From contig JADKJB010000016.1 in assembly GCA_016722525.1 (NCBI GenBank), forward strand, positions 25,277-89,276: DNA of 64,000 bases, read 5' to 3'. Shown in pieces: positions 24,062 to 33,660 of the stretch (within the stretch, counting starts at the first letter, position 1; each line of letters starts with the position of its first letter). The notes beneath the pieces are model-generated. The model worked only from the letters and a program-made list of their open reading frames with translations, did no database searches and was not told the DNA's origin. The position numbers and the translations under genes were made by a program. This DNA comes from Bacteroidota bacterium. Its GTDB lineage: Bacteria > Bacteroidota > Bacteroidia > AKYH767-A > OLB10.

Positions 24062-24116
24062 CTTCATTATAAATAACTAATTCATCATTTAACCAATTCA
24101 CTAAATCAATATCAAA

Positions 24117-24701
24117 ATGGAAATCATTGATCCAGAACAAAAAAAAACATTTGAAGAGCGCCGTCTAAATCAGGAGCCTCTTCAAAATGATTCAACCGGT
24201 AGAATTATGGCCGGATTAATTGTAATTCTAATTGGAGGTTTATTACTAGCCCGTAAAATGGGAGTATATTTTCCTGAATGGCTGTTCTCATGGCAAATGT
24301 TGATAATTGGCAACCGTAATTCCCGAAGAGGTTGGGCATCAGGAAAAATAAGTGAATCTAATGAAGAATTGATGGAATCAGTTGCTGTATTCGGAGGAAT
24401 TAAGAAAAATGTGATTTCAAAAAACTTTAAAGGTGGTGAAGCGGTGAGCATTTTTGGTGGAACAGAAATTAACCTTTCTCAAGCTGATATCAATGGCAAT
24501 GTGGAATTGGAATTGGTTCAAATTTTTGGAGGGACGAAAATAATATTACCTCCCCATTGGCAAGTTAAATCTGAAATGGTGTCAATTTTTGGCGGAATTG
24601 AGGATACCAGAATAGTACAAAAAGAGGTTGTTGATTTCAACAAAACACTCATTTTGAAAGGTGTTTCATTATTTGGCTCCATACATATCAAGAGCTTTTA
24701 A
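24117..24701 (+). CDS. LiaF-like / cell-wall-active antibiotic response protein (DUF2154-type C-terminus)
   Basis: N-terminal TM segments, then repeated (V/I)FGG(I/T) beta-strand motifs (VAVFGGIKKN, VSIFGGTEINL, VQIFGGTKIILP, VSIFGGIEDT). The odd middle segment may hide compensating indels. Confidence 0.55.
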   Translation: MEIIDPEQKKTFEERRLNQEPLQNDSTGRIMAGLIVILIGGLLLARKMGVYFPEWLFSWQMLIIGNRNSRRGWASGKISESNEELMESVAVFGGIKKNVISKNFKGGEAVSIFGGTEINLSQADINGNVELELVQIFGGTKIILPPHWQVKSEMVSIFGGIEDTRIVQKEVVDFNKTLILKGVSLFGSIHIKSF

Positions 24702-24720
24702 ATCATAAATTAAAAAGTTG

Positions 24721-24763
24721 CCTCCAGGAGAACTGTTTTTCTTAAACATAGTTCTCCCGGAGG
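24721..24763 (+). terminator. Strong hairpin (terminator/attenuator) between the liaF-like and kinase genes
   Basis: CCTCCAGGAGAACT (24721-24734) pairs with AGTTCTCCCGGAGG (24750-24763), with one mismatch. It is followed by a T-rich tract and starts 20 nt after the liaF-like stop. Confidence 0.55.
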
Positions 24764-24773
24764 TGGCTTATTT

Positions 24774-24781
24774 TATCTTTG
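24774..24781 (+). promoter_or_regulatory. -7 promoter box TATCTTTG (sensor kinase)
   Basis: TAnnTTTG immediately after the hairpin. It implies the kinase start lies downstream, for example the TTG at 24823. Confidence 0.4.
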
Positions 24782-24822
24782 CAGGAAAGTGGTCGGTTAT
24801 CTCTTCTAAAATCTTTGAATAC

Positions 24823-25855
24823 TTGTCAAATTTCCCTTTACAAAAGCAATTTTGGCTCATTCCAGTAATTTGGTGGTTGGGTAATGTGGTGTTTATTTAT
24901 TGGCTAGCCCAAGATGCTGGGTTCGATACGGTCATTGCTTCCACTGACAGCCTTGTAAATAATATTCTATTAGCAGCATTTTGCACGGGAGCAGCTTTTG
25001 CTGTCAGGTATTACAGACCTCGCCCTGAACAATCACTCTATTTGCTGATAGGGATCATAGTTTTAGCATTCCTTTGGAATTGGATAAGCAATCAGGTTTT
25101 GTCAGAAGTCCTTAAAAATGAAAACGGATATAGTGACTTCCTGTTAAAAACAACTGCAATCAGACTTTTTAACAGCATACTGCTGATTTCACTTTTTGTG
25201 CTGATAGGTTGGGTTTCATTTTATATTGAGGAACAATTTGAAGAGAAAAACCGAAATCAGGAAATTGCTAAAATGTCTAAAGAAGCTGAATTAAATAATC
25301 TGAGACAACAACTTCAACCTCATTTTTTATTCAACACACTGAATTCAATAAGTGCATTAGCTGGAACACAACCTGAAATGGCAAAAAAAATGATTCATCA
25401 GCTATCAGATTTTTTAAGAAGAACCATCAACCAAACCAACGAAAAAGAATACTTTGCAAGAAAGAAATTGAACACTTATCACTTTATCTTTCAATTGAAA
25501 AGGTCCGATTTGGAGATAGGCTCAATACCATTGTAAAGATCGAAGATGCAGCAGGAACAAAAATTACCCTCACTACTGTTGCAGCCTTTAGTCGAAAATG
25601 CTATCAAATTCGGTCTTTACGATACTTTGGAAGAGGTCATTGAAATTAATGCCATTCTGGATAAACAGTACTTAAAAATATTAAGTTATCAATCCATTTG
25701 ATCACCAAACCAGTCGAAAAGCGCCAGGTACCGGTTTTGGTCTCAATGCTGTAAATCGTCGATTGTATCTCATTTATGGTAGAAACGATTTACTGGAAAC
25801 ACATGATGAAAACGGCAAATATATAGCTTCATTAAAAATCCCGGTTGAAGGATGA
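24823..25855 (+). CDS. LytS/YehU-type sensor histidine kinase (at least 2 frameshifts in the C-terminal half)
   Basis: Multi-TM N-terminus and a His_kinase motif LRQQLQPHFLFNTLNSISAL. The HATPase part (LLQPLVENAIKFG...GTGFGLNAVNRRLYLIYG) is readable only in other frames at 25540-25855. The stop overlaps the regulator ATG (ATGA). Confidence 0.8.
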
Positions 25856-26571
25856 ATAAAGTGATTATCATTGATGACGAGCCCTTAGCCATTTCCGTCA
25901 TAAGCGGGTATCTGGCTGCGTATTCAGATTTCGAAATCGTAGCGTCATGCTTGAATGGTTTTGAAGGGCTAAAAGCTATACAGACACATCAACCGGACCT
26001 TATTTTTCTGGATATCCAAATGCCTAAAATTTCAGGATTTGAAATGCTAGAATTAATTGAAAATCCTCCTTCGGTTATTTTCTCCACAGCATTTGATGAA
26101 TTTGCAATTAAGGCCTTCGAAGCAAATGCTATCGATTACTTACTTAAACCTTTTACAAAGGAACGATTTGATAAAGCAGTTCTGAAATGGCTGGATTTGA
26201 AGTCCCATTCCGGCTCCTTCTCCAACACAAAAAAAGCAGTGTCACAAATTCCATTTCCTTCAGAAGAAAATCAGAGAATAGTAGTTAAAAGTGGAAACAA
26301 TATTAGAATTATTCCTTTCGACGAAATAATTTATATAGAAGCATATGATGATTATGTGAAAATTCATATTGACCATGATTGTTTTCTGAAAAAACAAACA
26401 ATGCAAAAAGTTGAAGAGCTTCTTGGTGAAGAAAAGTTTTTAAGGGTACATCGTTCCTATATCATTAAACTGACTGAGATCACACGATTGAACTCATGGA
26501 AAGAGTCTTTTCTAGCCATTTTGCGAGATGATACAAAGATTCCTTTGAGTAAAACAGGGTATTCAAATTGA
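25852..26571 (+). CDS. LytTR-family response regulator
   Basis: Receiver domain (IIIDDEP...DLIFLDIQMP) plus a C-terminal LytTR domain (FLRVHRSYIIKL). Confidence 0.9.
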   Translation: MNKVIIIDDEPLAISVISGYLAAYSDFEIVASCLNGFEGLKAIQTHQPDLIFLDIQMPKISGFEMLELIENPPSVIFSTAFDEFAIKAFEANAIDYLLKPFTKERFDKAVLKWLDLKSHSGSFSNTKKAVSQIPFPSEENQRIVVKSGNNIRIIPFDEIIYIEAYDDYVKIHIDHDCFLKKQTMQKVEELLGEEKFLRVHRSYIIKLTEITRLNSWKESFLAILRDDTKIPLSKTGYSN

Positions 26572-26694
26572 AAGCTGTTTTAGGAATTTAAAATTGCAGC
26601 GATTCTTGGCTTGATTATGCTATTCGCTAAATCGAATTAAAATCAGAAAATGCACTTATTCTGCTGCCATTCAAAAATTCTGTTAAAATCAACC

Positions 26695-27945
26695 TCAGTT
26701 GTTGAAATGGGAGTTGATGCTGAAGATCAATTTTTTTGAGAATTCCTGAATGGCTTTTGCCGGCGGGGCGTTTTTGAAATTGGAAGGCTGTTTGTTCTTT
26801 ATGGGATCGTATGAAACCCCTTGAGATATCCCCTCAGGATTTGGGAGTTTTTCAACTGTTCTACCTATCAGACTTTCAATTCTGGCAAATTTGCCTGATC
26901 GATTGCGTTAATAAAAGTAATAGCTGTTCCGGTTTTTTCAGCTCTGGCAGTTCTTCCTATTCTGTGAACATAATCTTCAGGATCCGGAGGAGCATCAAAA
27001 TTTACGACAAGATCAATTCCTTCAACATCAATACCCTGGAAAACACATCCGTTCCAATGAGAACTGGCAGTTTTTATTCTTGAATTCACGCATAATTTCT
27101 TCGCGTTCTGATTGTACTAAATCAGAGTGAAATGCTTTGCACTGAAACCCGGTCTTTCTTAGGGTACTATCCAGCTTTTTTACGTTTTCTTTAGTTGAAG
27201 CGAAAATTAGGATGCTAGAATAAGAACCGCTCTTGAGTATCGTAGTCAATAAATCTAACTTTTGTTCATTGTGAACCAAATAAGCTTGCTGAATTATGCC
27301 TTCAGCAGGTTTAGAAATAGCGATACTTATTTGTTCCGGTTCATTTAATATTTTTGAAGCTAATGTCCTGATTTTAGGTGGCATGGTAGCTGAAAAAAGG
27401 AGCGTTTGCCGCTTTTTGGGAAGATATCCAATGATTCTAAGAATATCGTCATAAAAACCCATATCCAGCATTCGATCCGCTTCATCCAAAACCAGATGTT
27501 GCAAATGTTCCATCTTTAAATCCCCTGATGACATGTGAGAAATGAGTCGGCCGGGAGTTGCAATCACCAAATCAATTCCCTCTTTAATGGCCTTTTTTTG
27601 TTGTTCCCAGGTAACCCCATCACCCCCACCATAAACTGGCATAGAACTGATTCCGGTAAAATATCCAAATGCTTCCACCTGCTGATCGATTTGTTGCGCA
27701 AGCTCCCTGGTAGGAGCAAGAACCAGCGTATTGACATGTCGCCGGTCGGAAAGTAAAATTTTCTGCATAATAGGCAATATGTAAGCAGCCGTTTTTCCGG
27801 TACCGGTCTGCGCACAGGCAATAAGATCCTTATTATGGAGAATTGCAGGAACTGCCTTTTCCTGAATTGGGGTGGGTTTATCGTAACCCATTGACAAAAT
27901 ACCCTCCAATAGGCGGGAATCAAAATTAAAATCGTGGAAATTCAA
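26695..27945 (-). CDS. DEAD-box ATP-dependent RNA helicase (at least 2 frameshifts)
   Basis: [40 protein letters not shown]. The C-terminal tail is readable to the TGA at 26695-26697. The start is revised to the TTG at 27945 ([16 protein letters not shown]) because a -7 box lies inside the longer ORF. Confidence 0.88.
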
Positions 27946-27966
27946 ATGTGTGTTAATTAATTGTAA

Positions 27967-27974
27967 CAAAGATA
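27967..27974 (-). promoter_or_regulatory. -7 promoter box TATCTTTG (DEAD-box helicase)
   Basis: TAnnTTTG on the minus strand, 22 nt upstream of the proposed TTG start. Confidence 0.4.
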
Positions 27975-28095
27975 AGGATTTTACTGCCCACAAGAACCAG
28001 TCTCAGAATTTACATGGCAAACTGCTGCCCTGAAGTGGTAAAAATCAATAACTTAAATATTTTACTGATTCTCATCAGATTACCGTAATAGTTCG

Positions 28096-28103
28096 TACCT
28101 TTG
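28096..28103 (+). promoter_or_regulatory. -7 promoter box TACCTTTG (cold-shock gene)
   Basis: TAnnTTTG, 31 nt upstream of the ATG at 28134. Confidence 0.45.
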
Positions 28104-28133
28104 CAGCAAATTAAATTAAAATTATAAGACATC

Positions 28134-28331
28134 ATGCAAACAGGAACAGTAAAATTCTTCAATGACACTAAAGGTTTTGGATTCATAAAGCCAGATAATT
28201 CAGGTGAAGATATCTTTGTCCACTCATCTGGACTGGTTGACCACATTCGTGAAAACGACAGGGTTACTCTCGACGTACAAAAAGGAAGAAAAGGATTAAA
28301 CGCAGTTAACGTAAAAGTTGTTCAGGAATAA
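28134..28331 (+). CDS. Cold-shock protein (CspA family)
   Basis: [34 protein letters not shown] carries the RNP1/RNP2 motifs. Confidence 0.92.
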   Translation: MQTGTVKFFNDTKGFGFIKPDNSGEDIFVHSSGLVDHIRENDRVTLDVQKGRKGLNAVNVKVVQE

Positions 28332-28351
28332 TCCACTCCTTGAAAAAAAAA

Positions 28352-28379
28352 ACACGTCAGAAATGACGTGTTTTTTTTT
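28352..28379 (+). terminator. Intrinsic terminator of the cold-shock gene
   Basis: ACACGTCA-gaaa-TGACGTGT stem followed by T9. An upstream A-run makes it potentially bidirectional. Confidence 0.8.
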
Positions 28380-28576
28380 GCCTTTTTTTTACCCCCTACC
28401 CGATAAAATGAGTGCCTGATCAGTGAAGCTCTATCAACTATATATTGCCTTTAATGACTAAATCATAACCAGAGGCTTTTCTATGTTTAACATAATTATT
28501 CACAAATGAGACAATGAAATAGGATATATGTCATAGTACCAGCTTTTAAGAATGTTTACCTTTCACAGCAGAAAAA

Positions 28577-30226
28577 TTGGAAGCAGCAGAAACAAATATT
28601 TGGCAAATACTTGCTGGAATAGGATTATTCCTGTTTGGCATGCAATTGATGGAACAAGCCATCCGTCTTTTGGCGGGAAGGACTTTTAAAGTATTTTTAA
28701 GAAATCAAACTTCTCACCCATTCAAAGCCATACTTGCAGGATTACTGGTGACATCTTTGCTTCAAAGCAGTTCAATAGTCAATTTACTTATACTTGCATT
28801 TGTAGGGGCGCGGGTACTTTCATTAAGGAATGCTATAGCGATACTTTTAGGATCTAATTTAGGAAGTACGGTTTATAATTGGATAGTAGTTTATCTTGGT
28901 TTTAAATTCGACATCCAATCTTTCGCCTTTCCTATTATGGCAATTGGTGCAATTGGCCTCATATTTTTTCAGGGCAAGAAAAAAGTAATGCAATGGACAA
29001 CTTTACTATTTGGAATTTCACTCCTATTTATAGGACTTTCTAATATAAAAAGTGGAGTTGAAACCGTAGTTGCAACAGTCGATTTATCAGGTTACAGTCA
29101 ATATGGAAACTTCGTTTTTGTACTGGTGGGATTTGCAATTACCGCTATTGTTCAATCAAGTGCCACAACGGTAGTTATTACATTGGCTGCGCTAAACGCA
29201 GGTGCAGTGCAATTTGAAGCTGCTGCATGTCTGGTGATTGGATCAGAATCAGGCACAGCCATGAAAACTGTTATAGGTTCCATAGGGAAAGTAGCCGACA
29301 AAAAACGGGTTGCATTGAGTAATTTTTTGATCAATATAACATCGTCCCTGGTAGCCTTTATTTTTCTTTCAGCTCTTATCACACTTATAAAAGACATTTT
29401 GGGAGTCAAAGATCCGCTGATTGCGTTAGTGTCATTTCAGAGTATCATAAACCTAATTGGTATCATCCTTTTATATCCTTTTCTTGATAAATTTTCAAAA
29501 TGGATGGAGAATCGCTTTTCAGATGAAAGTGACAAAATTGCAATAAATATAAGCACATTGATAGTTAATGAACCTGAAGAAGCACTTAAAGGGATTCAAA
29601 AAGAGTATATAAGATTACTGCACAATATTATTTCCGTAAACCGGCAGGCACTTGAAATTCACCCTCAAAAAACAGTTTCAAAAACGACTCTTAATTTTAT
29701 TATTCCTCAGTCAAATGGTAAATCCTATTCAGAATATTACGAGTTGGTAAAACATCTGAATGGTGAAATTATTGATTTTTGTCTGGAGCTTCAAAGTAAA
29801 GAGCTGGCAGCTTTTGAAAGCAAAAAACTGGAGGAGTTAATAGTAATGTTACGAAGCACCATGAATGCAGCAAAATCAGTTAAGGATATCAGACATAACA
29901 TCAAGCAATTTCGTGATTCCGGAAATGATACATTGCATAATTTTTACCTACTCATCAAAAAAAACGAAGAACCCTTTTATCTTAAATTGGAGGAACTGAT
30001 TTCAGGGGAAAATGGGAATAATTTGTCGTACTTATCAGCTTTTCTTCAAGAAACGAAAAACAACCATGATAATTTCATCAAGCAAATTTATAACTTATCC
30101 ACTTCTCACAAAATTAAGGATCTTGAATTAGCAACACTCATTAATGTTTTTGGTGAACTTCAATACTCCCATGAATCCCTGATTCATGCAATGAACAATC
30201 ATTTAATAATAAAAAAAGTTTCTTAA
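28577..30226 (+). CDS. Na/Pi cotransporter family protein with a PhoU-like C-terminal region
   Basis: Two Na_Pi_cotrans-type repeats with QSSS motifs (LLQSSSIVNLL and IVQSSATTVVITL), then a helical soluble C-terminus. TTG start. Confidence 0.75.
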   Translation: MEAAETNIWQILAGIGLFLFGMQLMEQAIRLLAGRTFKVFLRNQTSHPFKAILAGLLVTSLLQSSSIVNLLILAFVGARVLSLRNAIAILLGSNLGSTVYNWIVVYLGFKFDIQSFAFPIMAIGAIGLIFFQGKKKVMQWTTLLFGISLLFIGLSNIKSGVETVVATVDLSGYSQYGNFVFVLVGFAITAIVQSSATTVVITLAALNAGAVQFEAAACLVIGSESGTAMKTVIGSIGKVADKKRVALSNFLINITSSLVAFIFLSALITLIKDILGVKDPLIALVSFQSIINLIGIILLYPFLDKFSKWMENRFSDESDKIAINISTLIVNEPEEALKGIQKEYIRLLHNIISVNRQALEIHPQKTVSKTTLNFIIPQSNGKSYSEYYELVKHLNGEIIDFCLELQSKELAAFESKKLEELIVMLRSTMNAAKSVKDIRHNIKQFRDSGNDTLHNFYLLIKKNEEPFYLKLEELISGENGNNLSYLSAFLQETKNNHDNFIKQIYNLSTSHKIKDLELATLINVFGELQYSHESLIHAMNNHLIIKKVS

Positions 30227-30582
30227 TTTTCTGAACTGGCTTCATCGATATGAAGTGCATGTAAAAAACGATGAATTATTGGCGCAAACAAAACTGCCGA
30301 AGTCGATAAAAATGCTACTCCACTGTATAAGGCAAAAAACGAAGTAAATAATTTTCCGGCAACTGTAGTCATCCGGTCCACGGGCCCCATTCCAGTTAAG
30401 ATCATGGCTGCATTAACCAAAGCATCCATCCAGCTCAGATTTCCCAAAAAGTGATATCCAAAAATGCCTATCAGAAGCGACAAAAGCAAGATTGCAGAAG
30501 CGTAGAATGAAAAAAGCAATACCCGATTTAAGAAAGTTTTTACTGGCAACAACTTTTTCTTTTTATGTTCAAATTGTATCAT
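30223..30582 (-). CDS. Small 2-TM pore-loop (K+ channel-like) membrane protein
   Basis: Start at MIQFEHKKKK. The pattern SWMDALVNAAMILTGMGPVDRMTTVAGKLFTSFFALYSGVAFL resembles a pore helix plus filter plus inner helix, but with TGMGP in place of TVGYG. Confidence 0.4.
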   Translation of the reverse strand: MIQFEHKKKKLLPVKTFLNRVLLFSFYASAILLLSLLIGIFGYHFLGNLSWMDALVNAAMILTGMGPVDRMTTVAGKLFTSFFALYSGVAFLSTSAVLFAPIIHRFLHALHIDEASSEN

Positions 30583-30589
30583 GCTGATT

Positions 30590-32544
30590 TTATTTAAGAT
30601 TGTTTTCAGGAGGAAATTCAATAAAGATAAACATATTCATATTATCAAGTTGGCCTCTTGTTTTGCCGGGTATAAATTGTTTCCAATTTTTTATCACTCG
30701 CAAGGCTTCCTGATCGCATCCAAATCCTATTTTTGAAAATGAATCAGCTTTCAATAATTCTCCATTTTTACCTATGGTTAGCTGAACAATGGCCCTTCCG
30801 TAAAATGAATTTTTTTGTGCAGCTTCAGGATAATTCAATTCAGCTGTGAGATATTGCTTCAGTGCTGAATCACCACCATAAATAGTCGGCAATTCTGTAA
30901 TGTTAGTATAAAAATAACTGTTCCCAATACTATCATAGCTGATGCCTTGAATGAGTTTGCCATTCTCATATTTTTCTTTATAAATGGCAATTCCTGAATT
31001 CGAATATCCCATCCAGTTTCCGACTTTCAATCCTTTTGAAATAAAACCTTCCTCCAACAAAGAACCACCCGGATGAAAGCTTTGCCATGGCCCTCCTCCT
31101 CTATCACGCCTTGAATTCCGACATGACTCCAGGAATTATTAATTACTTCTCCTCTTTCAGTGTAAGTAATTTCACTGATTTTGTTCCCCTGATCATCAAA
31201 ATAAAACCAATCGCCGGCTTTACTTCCATAAACATATTTTCCATAAGCACTGTAAGACCCATCACTGTTATAATAAAAGAACAGCCCGTCTTCTAAATTT
31301 TTCACATAGGTACCTTTCATTTGAAGCTGACCAGAAAGGTAATAGTCTTTTACAATTCCATGTGTATTTCCCAGCTCATCATAGTGTCCGTTCCTATAAA
31401 ATGAGGCTTTCTCCTTAACAGTTTCTTTCCAGTTGCTATCATACCAAAGAGTACCTGGTTTTGTTCGAATGGTATCAGCATGATCGTCACTTTTCTGAGA
31501 TTGTTGATCAAAAACTAACCAATATTTGAGAGGAGGCAAATTTTTGATTGTTTCATTTTGAATTTGAATACTATCTATGTAAACAAGATCACCGGAAGCA
31601 ACATACTTTTTCATTTGTAAAAGACTATTATTACGTAGTTCAAAAATTCTTTTCAAAATGGCTATGTCCTGAGACAGTTGCTTTGGAGGTTCACTAAAAA
31701 GCAACAACATCTCCATATTTTTATTCCAAACATCTGTGGCCTCATTAACACCTGCCATAGACACAAGAGGGTTATCGGGGCCGGCGTTGCTATTCAACAG
31801 TTCCACAGTTTGAGCGTCGTTGCTAATAAAGGAATTGAACATAGTATAATACCAGTATCTGTAGGGTTGATTCTTATAAATAAAAATAAAAAAAATTGAA
31901 GTAGTCAGCAGCAGAATCGAAAGTAGCCTGGCTGCATGAATTAGTTTTGAGTTAATATTGCCAGGAAAAACAATCAAACCGAAAATTACACCCCATAAAA
32001 TTCCTGATATATGTGCCGCATTATCAATAAATGGAAGATATAAACCCAGACCAATATTAATTAGTATTGCCAAAAAAAGTTGAGTGAAAGCTTTAATTCT
32101 GCTTTGCTGATCGTAATCACTTACAAAAATCAAACCTGCTAATTGCGCACCGGCAATTGCCATTATTGCTCCTGATGCTCCAGTGCTCACAGTAAAAAGG
32201 TTCCAATAAAAACTTCCGATTCCGGAAATCAAAATACCCGAGATGTAAAGCACAACAAACAACTTACTTCCATAACGTCGTTCAAATTCGCGGCCCAGAA
32301 CAAAAAGTGAGAAAATATTCACTGCAAGGTGAAAAACTCCAAAATGTATTGCTGATGCAGAAAAAAGTCGCCACCATTCTCCTTTTTCAATAAAAGGAGC
32401 GAAATTAGCACCCCAATTCAATAACTCAATTATAGAAGGATCAGTAAAAGAAACGCCCTGAACCACCATAATAGCAAATACCGCCGCCAAAATGGAACTC
32501 AAGATTATTGTAGCAGGGAAAAAAGATTGTGGCTTCACCATCAT
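30590..32544 (-). CDS. Rhomboid intramembrane serine protease fused to MORN/YwqK-like repeats and a TonB-C-like domain (one frameshift ~31040)
   Basis: Rhomboid core with GASGAIMAIAG (Ser) and AHISGILWG (His). Then repeats of the type GxWxxYyxnG. The C-terminal segment ALKQYLTAELNYPEAAQKNSFYGRAIVQLTIGKNGEL is TonB_C-like. Confidence 0.7.
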
Positions 32545-32581
32545 GTAGCCACAAAATAAGCAAATGTAATCCTAATAGAAG

Positions 32582-32790
32582 TTATTTCTTCTTACTTTTT
32601 AATGAGGGTTTCGGTGCTGCCTTCTTTTTAGTTTCCTTAAATAAAGTAGCTTTTCTACCTGAGGGCGTCTCATTTTTTTAATTCTGTTTGATACCTCTTC
32701 TCCTTTTCAATCAATAAGTTTTCAGCACCACTAATCATTTCCAGATCAGCTTTGGTTTTAATCGAACTGTTTTCCTTTTTTGCTATTCAT
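32582..32790 (-). CDS. Possible small basic protein (~68 aa) disrupted by two homopolymer indels
   Basis: ATG at 32790. After correcting the A6 and A7 runs it reads MNSKKENSSIKTKADLEMISGAENLLIEKEKRYQTELKNETPSGRKATLFKETKKKAAPKPSLKSKKK. This is speculative. Confidence 0.2.
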
Positions 32791-32840
32791 GATTTTTAAA
32801 ATTATTTTATGTAAAATTAATAGATAGTAGTAAAATTTCA

Positions 32841-32856
32841 ACTGATAAATATCAGT
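32841..32856 (+). promoter_or_regulatory. FNR/CRP-like palindrome ACTGATAAATATCAGT
   Basis: Perfect 7-2-7 palindrome containing TGAT-N4-ATCA. It is centred about 42 bp upstream of the TSS predicted from the -7 box at 32879-32886, directly upstream of the Crp/Fnr-family gene. Confidence 0.45.
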
Positions 32857-32878
32857 AATTGTATAATTTTAGTATTTT

Positions 32879-32886
32879 TATCTTTG
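32879..32886 (+). promoter_or_regulatory. -7 promoter box TATCTTTG (crp/fnr-family gene)
   Basis: TAnnTTTG, 23 nt upstream of the ATG at 32909. Confidence 0.45.
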
Positions 32887-32908
32887 TTAATATTAATCAG
32901 AAACAGCC

Positions 32909-33541
32909 ATGAATGACTTACTTATTGAAAAATTCAGGAATATATTCGAGAAAGATTTATTAGAAGAATTGGGGGCTATTGGAAAAATAGTTCATTTAGA
33001 TGCCGGTGAAACTATTATTGACACCGGCCAATACATTAAATTCATTCCTATTTTATTGTCAGGTAATATTAAAATTATTCGTCAGGATGACGACGGTGGT
33101 GAAATACTTCTTTACTATGTAGGAAGTAATGAAACTTGTGCTATGTCGTTAACTTGCTGTATGGCGCATCAAAAAAGCAGGATTAAAGCGGTTACAGAAG
33201 AAGCTACAAGTATGATTACAATTCCTGTTGCTAAAATGGAAGAATGGATGATTAAATATCCTTCCTGGAAAAACTTTGTTATGCAAACCTACAGCGCCCG
33301 TTTTGATGAACTTCTGAAGACCATCGATAGTATTGCTTTTCATAAAGTTGATGAACGCCTGGAAAAATACCTGAAAGACAAAGCAGCCTTAAATGGAAAT
33401 ACTACATTAATTGTAAGTCATCAGCAAATCGCTGAAGAACTGAATTCTTCAAGGGAAGTTATTTCCAGACTATTAAAACAATTGGAACATAATGGTGGAA
33501 TAAAATTGGGAAGGAACAAAATAGAATTGCTAAATAATTGA
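32909..33541 (+). CDS. Crp/Fnr-family transcriptional regulator
   Basis: cNMP-binding-type beta-roll plus a C-terminal HTH (SHQQIAEELNSSREVISRLLKQLE). Confidence 0.85.
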   Translation: MNDLLIEKFRNIFEKDLLEELGAIGKIVHLDAGETIIDTGQYIKFIPILLSGNIKIIRQDDDGGEILLYYVGSNETCAMSLTCCMAHQKSRIKAVTEEATSMITIPVAKMEEWMIKYPSWKNFVMQTYSARFDELLKTIDSIAFHKVDERLEKYLKDKAALNGNTTLIVSHQQIAEELNSSREVISRLLKQLEHNGGIKLGRNKIELLNN

Positions 33542-33660
33542 TTATCAATTTAGTGAAATTGTATTTTATGTATTTCAGGAAGCATTTTTTTGAAAGCAAG
33601 AGAAACAACATCAACTATTTTAAACTATATTTACATTGTAAAAAATTAAACCTCAAAATC

